Translations under genes and position numbers: made by a program
Assembly: GCA_963663965.2 (NCBI GenBank)
Contig: CAXXFK010000001.1
Coordinates: 348,146-412,145 of the forward strand
DNA length: 64,000 nt
Direction of reading: 5' to 3'
Origin: Sedimentisphaerales bacterium
GTDB lineage: Bacteria; Planctomycetota; Phycisphaerae; Sedimentisphaerales; SM23-30
Part shown: one piece after another, positions 39,601 through 54,600 of the stretch
How positions within the stretch are numbered: the first letter of the stretch is position 1
Layout: each line of letters opens with the position of its first letter
Notes under the pieces: generated by a model
Told to the model about the DNA's origin: nothing
Databases searched by the model: none
Seen by the model: the letters and a program-made list of their open reading frames with translations, nothing else

Positions 39601-42600
39601 ACCCGGAATCGACCCAGAAGATATTATTGTAAACATCAACATCCGTGGAACTATTCAGGATCCGAACCGCATCGCCAACCGATTGATAAATAGTATTATT
39701 ATGAATATGGGGTTGATAAGCATTATAAATACCACCATCTTTCAGCTGAATTCCCGTATCCGTATTATCGTAAATCACGTTATTATCAATCGCGCCATAG
39801 TAACGGCTGTAATATCCTGCGGCGGCGATACCAATCGTATTGGAATAGATCCAGTTCCCGCGCGCGCTGGCGCCCTGGATCATATTGATACCAGTAACAC
39901 TATTGAAAATCCGGTTGGATTCGACCATGGAATAATCGCTGGCATTGATACCAATATAATTGCCATACACCAGATTATCCCATGCCTTGGCCTGATTCAA
40001 TATCTGTATACCAATATCTCCATTATCGTCATGACCATAGACCTGGTTGTTACGAACCAGCAATAATGAGTCACCGGTACTGCCATTAGCATAAATACCT
40101 GTCGTAGCATTATCATACACGACATTGTCTGCGACCAGACTCTGACCGCTGGTATACGCATATATTCCCCGGTTGGCATTTCCATAGACCAGGTTATCCT
40201 GAATGATACCATTACTCCCTTCCAAATAAATTCCAGTATCTGAAGTATAGACCGTATTGGTTTCGATCAGGGCATTGGCGCCACCAACCCGGATGGCTTC
40301 TCGAGAGGTATCAAAGACCCCATTTCCGGCCACATAAGCGTTATTCCCGGCCAGATAAACACCATATTGATTATCATGCAGTGCGCTGTCAGTCAGCCTG
40401 GTATCATGATTCGCAGTACCCAGATACATCGCGTATCGAGACATGGCATATATCGCGGCATGTTGAACCGTAAGCCGATCTGATTGTACATTATTGGCAG
40501 CATAGATACCATATTCACCCCCTGTAAGTACCAGATGATCCAGTACGATATCATCAGCCCCCTGAAGCTCAACGACATAAACAGCCGGTATTCGTGTTGG
40601 CCCGATCAAGTATGGTTTGATGACCATCCCCGGTCACACCCTGAATTTGAACTCCGCTGTCATCTTCACCCAGCACAATATTAGCCAACATCGAATAGAC
40701 ACCGGTATCCACATAAATAATATCGCCGGGATCAAGATCATAGCGATCCACCAGGGCTTTTATGCTGGCCATGGGTTGATCCGGACTCTTGCCGGTATTG
40801 TGATTATCGCCCGGAGCTGTTGTGTATTCGTTATCGCTCAAATCGTCATCTCCGGCCAGATTTACATAATAGGTGATGGTATCATCAGAAATCTGGAACG
40901 GTCGATAAGAAATACCGGACGGCCCACTGCCCTGATAAGCCGTTACTCGAATCAAATACTCCTGGTCGGTAACTATACTATCCGGTATGGTCCAATCGAA
41001 AGTTCGTGGTTCGATAATATTGCTGGCAATGGTATGAACTACTGTTTGAGTAGTCGCATCCAATAGTTCGATGTTGACTCGATCCACATAAGCGAAATAC
41101 TGTTCTTTGATCGCTTCGGGGGTCAGGATATAATCAAACACGGCCACTTCATCGAGTGTCAAACCGCCGTAGTTGTAACTGTTTTCCGGATTATGATTCA
41201 GATAGAGCGGCTGTCCTGAAGTAGACACCATATCGCTGACACGAACAGAGCCGGAAGCAACCGGTTCACCATTAACATAGATCGCCATTATGCCTTCGTT
41301 CCGGTCGATAGTACCGGCAATATGATACCATTGATCTGGTTCAATCGTATCGGACGCAGTGCTGATTTCCTGATACGAACCATCGGAGGAATAAAGATAC
41401 AACCTCCCATTATTATTCAAAAACAGACTGTAGGCGCGATTTGAATAACTGGTTTGCCCTTTATAAAGTATCGGATGTAGATAATTGAGCTGGTCGGTCT
41501 TAAGCCACAAAGAGAATGATACTTCCCGGTCAAAACTCAAATCGCCCTCGGAATCAGGTATTGTGACATATTGATTATTTGCAGTAAACCGTACGGCACT
41601 GTCCCAACCATTTCCAAACGCGCCTTCTACGCCCAGTGAAGGACTATTGATGAAACTACCGTTGAGACTATTCACAGAACTATCGGCAACCTGGCTATGA
41701 TTCGTGTCGTTTAGACGATAATAAGCCGTCGGGCCATCATCCAGAACAATGGTCTGATAGGCAGTGTCAGATACCTGGGCCGCAGGTATTCCCGAGCTAT
41801 GCCAGGCAATCTGAACTTGCTGACCGACTTCGTATTTCTCCAAGCCGAAGGGAGTGAGCACTTGAACCAGTTCGGTCACACTTAACGCCGCTTCGGAAGT
41901 GTTTCCATATGCGCCCAGATTGATTCGGGAACCGTTAGGTGCCGATTCAGCATTATAGGCATCCGTTGGAAAACCACGATCGATACCGGTTGAATCATTT
42001 AGCTGGTGAAAATCGTCATCAGCGCCGTAATCACCTTCAATACGAACCAGGCGCACCGCGTCAGCTGCCGCACGATTATTACCAAGATCATCAAGACGGA
42101 CTTGCAGGGTATCGCCGGTAAGAACAATAGTCGTCAGGATTTCCCAGTTGGCTCCATCAGCCTCAAGGTCATTTGGAGCATAACGTTGATCATACGAGCG
42201 CGTAGACACAATCCCCTTACCATTATCGCTGACCCAGTAGCGGCTGTTAGAGGCGTTATTACTGTCTGTCGGCCAGGTTACGGCAATCTGATATGTCGCA
42301 CCCGGCTGCAAGCCGTCAAATGTCCAGGTTGCCACATCGGAACCAGCCCCGCTGGCCGACCAGGAATAATTTCCGCCATAGCTTCCGGTCTTCGATGAAG
42401 TGGTCCACTCGCCGTCCGCACGGAACCCGGGATCGGTATTGTCGATGATCCAGGTAGTACCCAATTGCGACGTGCTATAGCCCAAAATATCATCCAGACC
42501 ATCAATGTCCGCGAGATGCACGCCACCGATCAAACTGTCACCATCCTGGCCCAATTCGTTGAACCAGTCAGCATGAGTCTCAATATCAACGCCTCCCCAA

Positions 42601-45600
42601 TTCGCCCAGATAACACTGCTGCCTGATTCATAGAGGTTATAATTGCTGGTTAATCCCTGCTGACTGTTGGCCGCTACATTAAATACGTAACCACTTTCAA
42701 CAATGAAGATGTTATTACGAATATCCAGGCGAGTGGAATTATTGGGGATTTGAATTGCATCACCTGAATACTGATAAACCGTATTGTTCTTGACAACGCC
42801 ATAATTGCTACTGCTGTATCCGCTATCAGTAACACGGATGGCTATATTGCTGTTATCGTAGACAATATTATTTTCAATAGAACCGAAGAAATTACTGTAA
42901 TAACCGGCCCCTTGAATACCCACGGTGTTATCGTAAACGATATTACCATAAGCAACAGCTCCCTGGCGGACATCGATACCCAGATTATTGGCATAAACCC
43001 GGTTCGATTCGACCCGGCCGTTGCCCTCCGCATAGATTCCCGTAATATTTCCAGTAACCGTATTATTAGCCGCTGTGGCCCAATTGGTCAGCTGAATGGC
43101 ATTGATATTTCCATTGGTATGACCATACACCAGATTTTCGCTGATCATAACCTGCTGAGACACATTGACACCGGAAGCATAGATACCGCGACTGGTATTA
43201 TCAAATACTTCATTGAAGCTAACCGTGGTATTGCCGGCGCTGACCACATGCAATCCATTGCCGTTGCCAAAGAGCCTGTTTTCAGTTATCAAACCGTCAT
43301 AACCAGAATAGTAAAGGCCATAATCGTTCAGATAACTGATATTTGAGGCAATGGTTGCCTGATTGCCTGACACATATAGTCCATATCCGGAATTGCGGTA
43401 AATCTCGTTATTCTGAATACGGACGCCGTTACCCAAAACACGTATGCCATAACGGTTGGCGCTAACTGTATTATTTTCTATACAGGCATTATCGTTCGAG
43501 CTATCAAGAAACAACCCATCTAACCGATTAGAGATAACCTGACTATCGATAACAGTCAAATTATCGCTGTCAGAAGTATTGTTGGCGTAGATGGCATATT
43601 CTGCTCCTGTCATGGTTAGATGACTCAAAGTAATATCATCACCGTTCTGCAATTCGATCACATAACTGCCGGCAGCTGTATTGGCACGATCCAGCACAAC
43701 CTGATGATCTTCCAGCGTTGTGCCTTGAATGGTTACGCCACTATCTTCTGTTCCCAGAAATATATTCCCCAGCAAGGTATAGTTCCCGGTATCAATATAA
43801 ATAGTATCACCGGGGTCCAGGTCATAACGGCCTACCAGCGCCCTCAGGCTGGACATGGGCTGATCCGGGCTCTTGCCAGTATTGCGATTATCGCCGGCCG
43901 CAGTGGTATATTCGTTATCACTTAAATCTGGATCATCAGCAATATTGACATAATAGCTGGTCCCGTCGTTGGCAATCTGGAATGATTCAGGAGAAACTCC
44001 TTCGGGTCCACTACCTTGATAAGCAGTGACCCGAATCAGGTATTCCCGATCCGGTGTCACCGTACTGGGAATGGTCCAGTCATAAGAGCGCGGAGCCAGC
44101 ACATTGCTGGCAATCGTTTCCACAACGGCCTGAGTGGCGTTGTCCAACAATTCAATATCAACACGATCAACATAGGTTAGATATTGCTGGCGAATAGCCT
44201 CCTGCGACAAAACCGAGCCATAGATCGCTACTTCGTCGAAGGTAACACCTGTATAGCTGCTACTATTTTCCGGATTGCGATTGATATAGAGCGGTTGACC
44301 TGCATTAGAAACCATATCATTACGATTCACCGATCCAGAGACGACCTGTTCGCCGTTGATGAATATCGCCATCTGGCCGCTCATCCGATCAATGGTTCCA
44401 GCCAGATGATACCACTGGCCGGTCTGAATAACACCGCTGGCAGTATGGATCTCTTGCAGGGTGCCATCAGAGGTATACAGATAGACACTGCCATTACTGC
44501 GCAGCCACAGGCTGTAAGATCGGTTACTACTGCTGGTCTGTCCTTTATATAATAGCGGCTGCCATTCGTTCAATTGATCCGCTTGAATCCAGAGCGAGAA
44601 AGACACCTGGCGTTCAAAATCCAGTTCGCCATCCGGATCGGCAACCGAAATATACTGGCCGGAAGCATTAAACTGAACGGCGTTGTCTAAACTGGCGCCA
44701 AACGCGCCCTCCAAACCTAAACTGGGACTACCAGAATAACTGCCATTAAGACCGTTGGCTGAACTATCAAACGCCTGACTTAGTGTTGAATCATTCAGAC
44801 GATAATAGGCGACCGGACTATCACCCAAAATAGTAGTTTGATAGGCGCTGTCTTTGGGTTGCGCTGAAGCCAGGCCATAACTGTGCCATGTGATATGAAT
44901 ATTCTGGCCGAGTTCGTATTTCTCCAGTCCGGCCGGAGCCAATACCTGCATCAATTCAGATGGACTTAATGCCGCTTCGGCTGTATTGCCATACGCTCCC
45001 AGGTTGATACGGCCACCATTAGGCAGAGGTTCATTACTGAAGGGATCTGTCGGCGCGCCACGATCGATGCCAACCGAATCGGTCAGCTGGTGAAAATCGT
45101 CATCACCGCCATGGTCGCCTTCTAATCGTACAACTCGAACCGCGTCCGCTGCTACCCGATTATTTGCCAGATCATCCAGCAGAACTGTCAGTGTGTCGCC
45201 TGCTAACGTTACGGTGGTAATGATTTCCCAGTTGGTGCCATCCGCCAATAAATCGTTCGGGGTATATCGTTGATCATATAAGCGAGTAGAAACAACGCCC
45301 TTACCATTATCGCTGACCCAGTAACGGCTGTTATAAGCATGTGAACTATATGCTGGCCAGGTCACGGCCACCTGATAGGTGGCGCCGGGTTCCAGATCTG
45401 CAAATGTCCAGGTAACATAATCCGAACCATCTCCTTTTTCGCTATAAAGATAGTTGGCGCCATAAGTTCCGTTTCGAACTTCTGCGGACCATTCGCCAGC
45501 TGCACTGAAGCCGGTTTCACCATTATCAATAATCGACGGAATCCCCACAGGATCAGAACTGAAACCCATAATATTATCCATGCCGTCAATATCAGCCAGA

Positions 45601-48600
45601 CTGACACCACTGGCTAGACTGTGTCCATCATGGCCCAGTTCATAAAACCAGTCGGCCCGGGTCGAAATAATCGTACCACCCCAATCCGCCAGCTCGACAC
45701 CCACAGACAGTTCAAACAGGTTATAATCGCTGGTAAAGCCGGCCTGACTGTTGGCCGCTACGCTATAGACATGTCCACCTTCTATAATGAAAATGTTATT
45801 ACGAACATCCAGTCGCGTGGCGTTGTTCGGCACCTGCAACCCATCTCCAACCGGCTGATAGACAGTATTATTGATTACCGTACCAAAAGCGCTACCGCTG
45901 TAACCGCTATCATTAATCCGGATTGCGGTTGTACTGTTATCATAGACCACATTATTTCGAATCGAACCATAATAATTACTATAATAACCAGCCCCTTGAA
46001 TTCCGACAATATTATCGTAGGCCCGATTCTCTGCTGCGGTTGCTCCTTGTCGGACATCAATTCCAATTTCATTAGCGAAAACCTGGTTCATTTCCACCAT
46101 GCCATTGCCATCAGCGTAAATCCCAACCCGGTTTCCAGTAGCAACGTTATCGTGAGCAGTAGACCAGTTAGCAATCTGGATACCGCTACCGCTGGTACCG
46201 ATCTGGCCATACACGAGATTATCGCTGACAATTACCTGCTGGGAAGCATTGACTCCCGCCGCATAGATTCCCCGCCCCGAATTATCGAATGATTCATTGA
46301 AGCTGATTGTCGTGTTACCGGCATTACTGGCGTAAATCCCATCGCTGCTGTTTGCAAACGTGCGGTTCTCGGTAATCAGATTATTGGAACCGGTACTATA
46401 AATACCATAACTGTTCAAATAGGAAATATTCGATTCCATCGAACTTTGTGAACCGGAAACGTAAATACCATAACTACTGTTACGGTAGACCTCATTTTCA
46501 CTGACTTGTGATTCCAATCCTTCCAGCCGCAAACCGTAATAATTTTGATAAACGGCATTATTCTCCAGTATCACTTGATCGTTACTGGTCAGCAGATAAA
46601 TGCCATAACTCGAATTGCCGTAGATCCAGCTATTCCTGATTGCCACATTATCGCTATCGGAATCATTGGCAGCGTATACACCATACTGAGCCCCGGTAAT
46701 CGCCAGGTGATCCAGGGTAATTCCATCGGCATTATTCATCTGGAAGACATAACTGCCGGATGCCGTATTGGATCGGTTAAGCACCGCCCTGACATTCGGA
46801 TCGGTCGGACCCTGAATCGTAACGCCGGCGTCATCCTGGCCTATAATAATATTGGAAGGCAGGGTATAAAGGCCAGTATCAACAAGAATCACATCACCAG
46901 GCTCCAGATCGTAAGCGGCCAGTACCGCGCTGATGGAAGCCTTGGGCTCGCTGGGAGACAGGCCGGTATTGGCGTCGTTACCGATCGCCGAGGTATAAAA
47001 ATCACCGGACAAATCGTTATCGTTGACATAATAGAACCGAATCGGCTCACTGATACTGAAATCATTATCGCTATCGTCGGTCAGTGCAGGCGCATCCACG
47101 CGGGTAATCCGGATACGATAATCACTACCTGCCGGAATCGCCGGATCTTCCGGAATCGACCAGATAAACTCACCATCATTCAGGGTCGCAGCGGCAATAC
47201 TGTAGCTGAACATCGGATCGCCAGTCCGGATCAATTCGACATCAACATACAATAATTCGGGCGCCCCCTCGGAAGTCAGTTGTTCTGAACGCCAGTAAAT
47301 GGGAAAATTCTGATCAGCCGGCCAGATCTCGCCGCCGTTTGGTTTGACCACCAGAACATATTCCAATGGACTGAGTGACGCCTGTTCAGTATTACCGAAA
47401 GCGCCAATATTAATAAACTGTCCATTGGGTACCGGTTCTCTGGAATAATCAAAAGTATCGTCACCACGGTCAATTCCAGGTGAATGCGCAGTATCACTGA
47501 CTGGAGCGGGTAACTCGGGCAGGACAGGCAGGCCCGTCACACTATCAAGGATAGGAGCCAACAAGCCGCCATGGTAACTGCCGGCAATACTTTGCAAATG
47601 GAAATCGTCATCGTCACCATAATTCACACCGGAACGATATCCCAGGATTCCATCAGCGCCCAGCGGATCGACAAAAAGCGGTTCCTGGGCCAGGCTGTTA
47701 TTATCGCGACCAGTAGCGATCTGCCAATGGGTCAAACCTGACTGGGCCAGACTTTGCCAGATGCCGACCTGGCCGGTCGGACCGGTCCAGAACAGGTTAT
47801 AATCGCTATAAAATCCAGCCTGACTTTCACTGGAGACGACAATCCCAAATCCGGTGTCTGCCTGAATAATATTATTGGCAACATCCACATACGATGTACT
47901 GTTTTTCACTTCAATACCCGTACCGACGGATTGATAGATGGTATTATTAATTACGCCGGCAGCGGTACTGCCACTACTGCCGCCCCAATTGATCGATACG
48001 CCAACCTCACTGTTATCGTATATCAAGTTGTTGTCAATCCGGCCACGGTAGGAAGAATAGTATTGCGTTGCCACAATACCTATCGTATTGGAATAGATAA
48101 CATTCTCTTTAACATCCGTAAGGTTAACAGCATAAACGCCCCGGGAGCTGTTATTATAGATGCGGTTATTGAATATCTGGGAATCCTGGCCATAGATACC
48201 AGTCTGATTACCATACACAACATTCAACTCGGCGCCTGACCCGTTATATACATAAATACCAGTGCCATCGGTTTGATCATAAACCCGATTTCCTGATACC
48301 GTTACCTTACCCGTGGCATATATGCCATATTGGGTATTGTCATTAATTGCGTTCCCTTTCGCGCTGGTCAGACTCTCCCCATCAGCAAATCCAATATAGA
48401 TTGGTTCCCCAGAACTATTACTGGCGTAAATGCCCGTTTCATTGCCGTAAGCTTCGTTATTCTGAATTCGCACACCGGCTAGATTCGTAAGCCGGAATCC
48501 ATATTTTTGGTTATTATAGGCCACGCTGTTGGTTACGGCATAATAGGCTCCCATCAGATTAAATCCGTCCAGACCATTATTATAAGCCACCAGATGATCC

Positions 48601-51600
48601 AGTGTTTCTGTCGCTGCGGCGCTGTCGATATAGAAACCTTCTTTGGAATGACCATAACTGGTTACCCATTCTGCCCTGAAATTATCGCTGCTTTCACGGA
48701 CATAAATCCCCCGCTGGTCTCCATAGATTGTCAGATGAGCAACCGAAATAAAGTCTGCATTATATAAATCGATTAAAGCGCCACTCTGATCGCCCGGAAT
48801 CGCTGGATGAAAACTGGCGACTCGTCCTGAGTCAATCGGACCGGTCAGGACAAAGCCTTCGTCCAGATCGAATCCTCGATCCAGTGTTCCGGAAACTGTC
48901 AGGCGGTTAATCAATGAATAATCGCCGGTATCAACATAAATCACATCTTCACCCGTACGCAAATCGTACACATTAAGAATATTGGCCGGGTTGGGTTTGG
49001 GTGAATCCGGTGTCTTGCCGGTATTACGATTGGAACCAGTTGCCATCGGTGTATATTCATCATTAGTATCAGACAGATCGTCAACGTAATAGTCCGTACC
49101 ATCTTCAGGAATCGTAAAGCTTTCAGCTGCCCGGTCAACCACTGCGCCGGCGCCAACCAGGGAGATTTGAATTCTTAATCCTTTCATCCCATAATCCAAC
49201 CCGTTTTCTTCAGGCACGGATGGGATCCAGCTATAGTGCCCGGTATCAGGAACTGAATCGGCTATGGTCAGCAAATACTGTGGACCATCTGGAGTATCCT
49301 GATAGAGATCAATCTTCACTGAAAGATCATTGGTATTGCCATAGGTATCCCAAAGAATATCATGGCTCTTTTCCAGTTCCCAGTCAGTATAAAGATCTGG
49401 CCAACGTAAATGGATACTGGGTTGAGAACTGGCAATATCGTATGTAGTATTGCCATAAGCACCCAGGTCCGGAGCATTATTTTCGGAAATGATATAAACA
49501 AATGCCTCATCCAAGTAGCTGTCGTTAGCAGAACTGGTGTTACGATCGGCCTCAAATCGGTAAGTGACCGAACGGGTGCCGGCAGGAATTGGAACTGCCG
49601 CACTGACGAGTTCCCAGTTATTAATAAAATCTTCCGCCTCCAGGTAAACCTGACTGATTGCAGTGCTGGATGCATTTTTAAAAGTCAGAATAATCGTTCC
49701 GTGATCTTCCGGCCATTCATTACCGGCTCGTACGCGCCCGCCAAACACCAGAACCAGATCGTTCGAATCAAGCTGGGCCGCACTGTAAGCAGTGGTCAGA
49801 TTCACCGTCTGTTCGGCAAAACCTTCCTGCTGATTACCGGCAGAAAAATAGGAACTGCCACCATGCGGTGACGGACTACTGGTTTTAATCACTGAAGATG
49901 GACTGACATTCCAACCGGAAACGCCACTTTCAAAACTGGGATTCACCAGCAGATTTAACCCTATATCACCCAGAATCTGATAACTGCCTGAATTGCCCGC
50001 ATCAACGGCCGGGCTGGTTTGACGCAGATTGCCCGCCAGTTGTACCAGGCGATAATCATTACCATTAAGATCAACAAACTGCGGATTGGACCAGCCGGGA
50101 TTCACAACCGTATGACCACTGGAATGCAAATCGAACCGGTCAATATCCTGCTGCCAGTCCAGAAGATCCACAAAATCTTTTGTCCAGTAGCCGATCCGGC
50201 CGGTGTCACTGACATGCAATAGATTATAATCGCTGAAGTAGCCCTTCTGGCTGTTGTTATCAACATAGATATCGTATCCGGATCGAGCCCAGAGTATATT
50301 ATTCAATACTTCAATATTACTGGAACTGCCGGTGATACGAATATTATCACCCGTTACTGCATACAAGGTATTATTGACAATCCGGATATCACTATCGCCA
50401 CTGACCAGAATGCCCGCCTGAGTGTTGCGATAGACCAGATTATGGAATATTTTCAGGTTGGAGCCGGAACTGATTCCAGTCATATTTTCGGCAATACGAT
50501 TATATTGAATCATACCGGTAAACCCTGACACTCCTGTTGTGTTCTGTTCAATCAGATTACCTGTTTCAAACTGAGCATCACCCAATTGGCCAGATCCGGC
50601 AACACCGTTTATATTGCCAAAGATATGCTGGTTACGCAGCCAGGCATTATTCATCAGCACACCGGTTGAATTGGCATAGATCTCATTTGCGTTGCTACCG
50701 GCCACAAATCCAAGACTATCGCTTGAACCGCTGACTGAAGTACGAATACCTGTCAAATTCGCGTAGATATTGTTGTTGCTTACCTGAGCGGCCGCCTGAT
50801 AATCAATACCAATATCCGCATCATGGATATTATTATATTCAATCACACCGTTAAAGGCTGCTTGAATATTAATCCCGTTCGTTCCGGCGTAAATATCGTT
50901 ATTCGCAATAATTCCGCTGGATGCCGTGACAATCTCGATACCTTTGTCGCCGGCAATGTCATTATGAGTGATCAGCAGATCGCTGCCTCCATCAATCCTT
51001 AAGGAAAGACCGAAATCATCCAACCGCAAAGCATTATGGATGACTTGGGTATTATCGGCATGAGTCAGTGTAAGCTGACCATCAACCACCGAATCGCGCA
51101 GGGTAAAACCGGAAGCTCCGTTGACAAAAATGGCATTGCTCATATAGAGCCGCTGGATAGTCACATCAAAAGCGCCCGAATCGACGGTAATCGTTCCACT
51201 CACGGTTGCGGTAGGGGTACCCCATATCGTGACACCGGCGTCATTTGCCGAAACCGAAAATCCTGCACCTGTGGCGCCGGCCGATACGATTATCACATCA
51301 CCCGCATCAAGATCATATGCATCCAGTATCGACTGGATCGAAGTAGCGCTATCGGCCACAAAAATCCCATGACCGGGATTGGACGCGATATCGAACCGAT
51401 TACCGCGGACATAAACTTCAGACTGCCCCGTAGCGCTGTCTTGCCAGGTCACAAATGGATGGCCGCTCCCATCCACACTGAGCGCGAGAGACTCAACGCG
51501 TGCCGGTGCTGTTTGAATTCCGGCGCCAGTTGCATCGCCGGGCAATTCTTCTATAAATTCCGTTCCGTTCCAGACCTTGGCATATATCGCGCTGGCCGGC

Positions 51601-54600
51601 GCGTCATCATCGGCTCCACGGCTGTCAGCCCAGACCAGATATAGCTTGCCGTTACTAGAGGCCAGCTGTGGCATGGATGAAAATCCGCCGTTATTAGAAA
51701 TGCCTCCCCCACTCATCGCACCACTGCCGGCCGTTTGCCAACTGGTACTGGCAGTATCATAACGGGCAGCATAGATCTCACTGGTCATCTCACCGTTAAC
51801 ATTGGCGGCATGTTCCCAGGCCACATACAAATCTCCGTTATGATAAGCCAGGGTCGGCACGGTCCAGACCGAACCCATGCCACTGACACCGCCATTAGTC
51901 ATCGAACCAGCCAGTTCATGCCAGGCGCCCCCACTATATTCCCGGAGATAGACCTGCTGTTCGCCAGCCACAGTCTCAGTCCAGGCGATAGCAATTTTTG
52001 TACCATCAGTGGTTATCTCAAACGCATCAGTATCATTGGAGGATTGACTGATTCCGTTTCCGGAAGCGCCTCCACTGCCCAGGGCAACCCAGCTGGTTCC
52101 ATTAAAGTAACGGGCATAAATCTGCCGTACGCCGCTGGAGTCATCCAACCAGGCAACCACTGGCCCAAGAGCTGTTTGGATCACTGAGGCGTTGGCAGCC
52201 CCACCAGTCATACTGATACCGCCACTATCGAGTGAACCAGCCAGCGGAATCCAGTCGCCCATGCCGCCATTGGCCGCAGGATCAAAACGGGCCACCATGA
52301 TATCCGCGTCGGACCCATCCGATTCGGTCCAGGCCACCAGAGGTTGGCCGGCTTGATAAAGTGCGATACTGGGATTTTGGGAACTGCCGGCAGTCGCGCT
52401 GATCCCACCCTGTTCGGTACTGCCAGACAATGCTTGCCAGTTTCCACCCGAGTAAAACGCCGCATAGATTTCCTGATTCCCGTTGCGGCCATCCGACCAG
52501 ACGACATATGGAATCCCATCGGCGCCGGTCACCAAATCCGGCTGGATCGATCGGGCAGAGTCGCCACTCAATCCCACAGCGGTTGCTGAACCGTCAAATT
52601 CTGCCCAGCGGCCATTATCTTCACTTCCAACCGGTAAGGTGGGACCCGCATCTGGATTACTGGGATCGGGCGATACTAAAACCGGAGCCACAGTGACCGC
52701 CGGGGGTATCATACCTGAGGTATCGCCGGCATTGCCGTAATCAATCAGATCACCGCTACCGGTGCCGGGTTGAATATCATCATCGTCGCCTTCGCCATAG
52801 AGCAGATCATTCCCACCACCGCCATAAAGTCGGTCGCGACCGGAATCGGCTTCGTTTCCGGCAGTACCATAATCACCAAACAGAATATCCACCTGATTGT
52901 CATCTGCCACCACGTCATACAGAAAACTGTGGCCGTAAAGAACATCGTGGTTAGCTTGTCCAACCAGTATATCGCTGCCGGAGTTGCCTTCGATATGATC
53001 ATCGCCGGCGCCACCTTCAATAATATCATCACCATAACCGCCAATTAAAATATCGTTCCCGGCCAGACCCATCAGACGGTCATTGCCTTCATTTCCAAAA
53101 ATAGAATCCGCACCGTCATCCGAGCCATATAATACATCATCGCCCAAACCGCCTTCCAGCCAATCACCGCTGCCATACCCGGCATAGATCACATCGTCAC
53201 CCGATTCACCATACAGGGTATCGGTTCCAAATCCACCATCAATGTGGTCAAAACCCGCCCCGCCATAAATAGTATCGTCACCCAATCCACCGGATAAGGT
53301 ATCATCACCAGCCTGGCCATAGAGTTCATCATTACCCCATCCTCCATCGATCTGGTCGGCGGCGGCGTCATCACCGTTTCCGCTCAGACTATGGCCGTAA
53401 ATCGTATCATCTCCGGCTTGCCCACGAATCGTATCCGAACCGCCACCGCCGTATATCACATCGTTGCCGCCGCCGCCATCAATCGTATCGTTGCCTGCGC
53501 CGCCATCGATCGTTTCACCAGTTGGACTACCAAAAACAGTGTCTGATCCAGCCCCTCCGTATACAGTCAGGCTTGCTGCCGACTGCCAGGCATTCAAAAG
53601 GTCGATTCGGTCGTCACCATCCTGGCCGTCAATCATCGCATTGCCGCTCAGCACACTCCATGGACTATCAATATTCACGGTGATAGAATCATTTTCAGTA
53701 CCGCCATAAACAGCAATCATCGGTGCCACTAAACCACCGTTAATCACAAGCACTGTCCCAGTGGTGTCCACACTATCGGCATCACCATACAACTGGATCG
53801 CAGTTGCCGCTTCGATACGGGCGCCCCGCCCAATTTCAATATCATCACCGGCATATAACAGGACATCCGCGCCGGTTGATTGGACTGAAACAAACGGTTT
53901 GATCTCGATATCGTCCCCGGCCAGACTGGACTCAAAGGCTCGATACACAATCCTGCCCCCGGCCAGTACATCTTCTGCAATCGTAATCGGACTGGTCGCG
54001 ATTGTGTCTATGGAACCACCCGCTGCCATACCGGCATGCGTACTGTCGACAGTACCCCCTATAGTCAGATCACCGATATTGGCAATCCAGGTATTGCCGG
54101 CTATCGATCGGCTTTCCAGATTGGCGATCTGGGTTTCTATTGGCTCCAGCGCCGTTCCAATATGCTGACCGGCCACAATATAAGCCCGGCCCGCTACAAT
54201 ATTAGAATCACCAACATTACCATTAATGACACTGCCGGTCAGAGCCCGGACAAAAGCCGTTGCGTTATCGGTTTGAACTTTGTTAACGGTCAGATTGCCC
54301 GTTGGTTCAATGACATACGTATCACCGATACTGGTAGTAGTCAGTTTGCCGGCTGCGGAATGGGCCGTATCGATATCGATATCGTCACCCAGAATTCCAA
54401 TGTGACCTGTTTGAGCCGTCAGAATTAGATAATTACCCACAATATCCAGTTGCGGATTACCAGCCAGTCCTTCATCATCGTCGAGAATCGATCCCTGCAC
54501 CAGTAACTCAACATTACCCGAATTCGATTGAATCAGACCAACATGAACATCACCGTCAACCTCATGCAGGAATATATCGCCATCGGCAGAAACGTCAAGT

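Noticed and set aside
36669..40627. Three independent genes, or programmed frameshifting/phase variation
   Set aside because: The breaks fall mid-domain, the ORFs lack RBS and signal peptides, and the sites are 2-3-nt runs without slippery heptamers or long repeat tracts.
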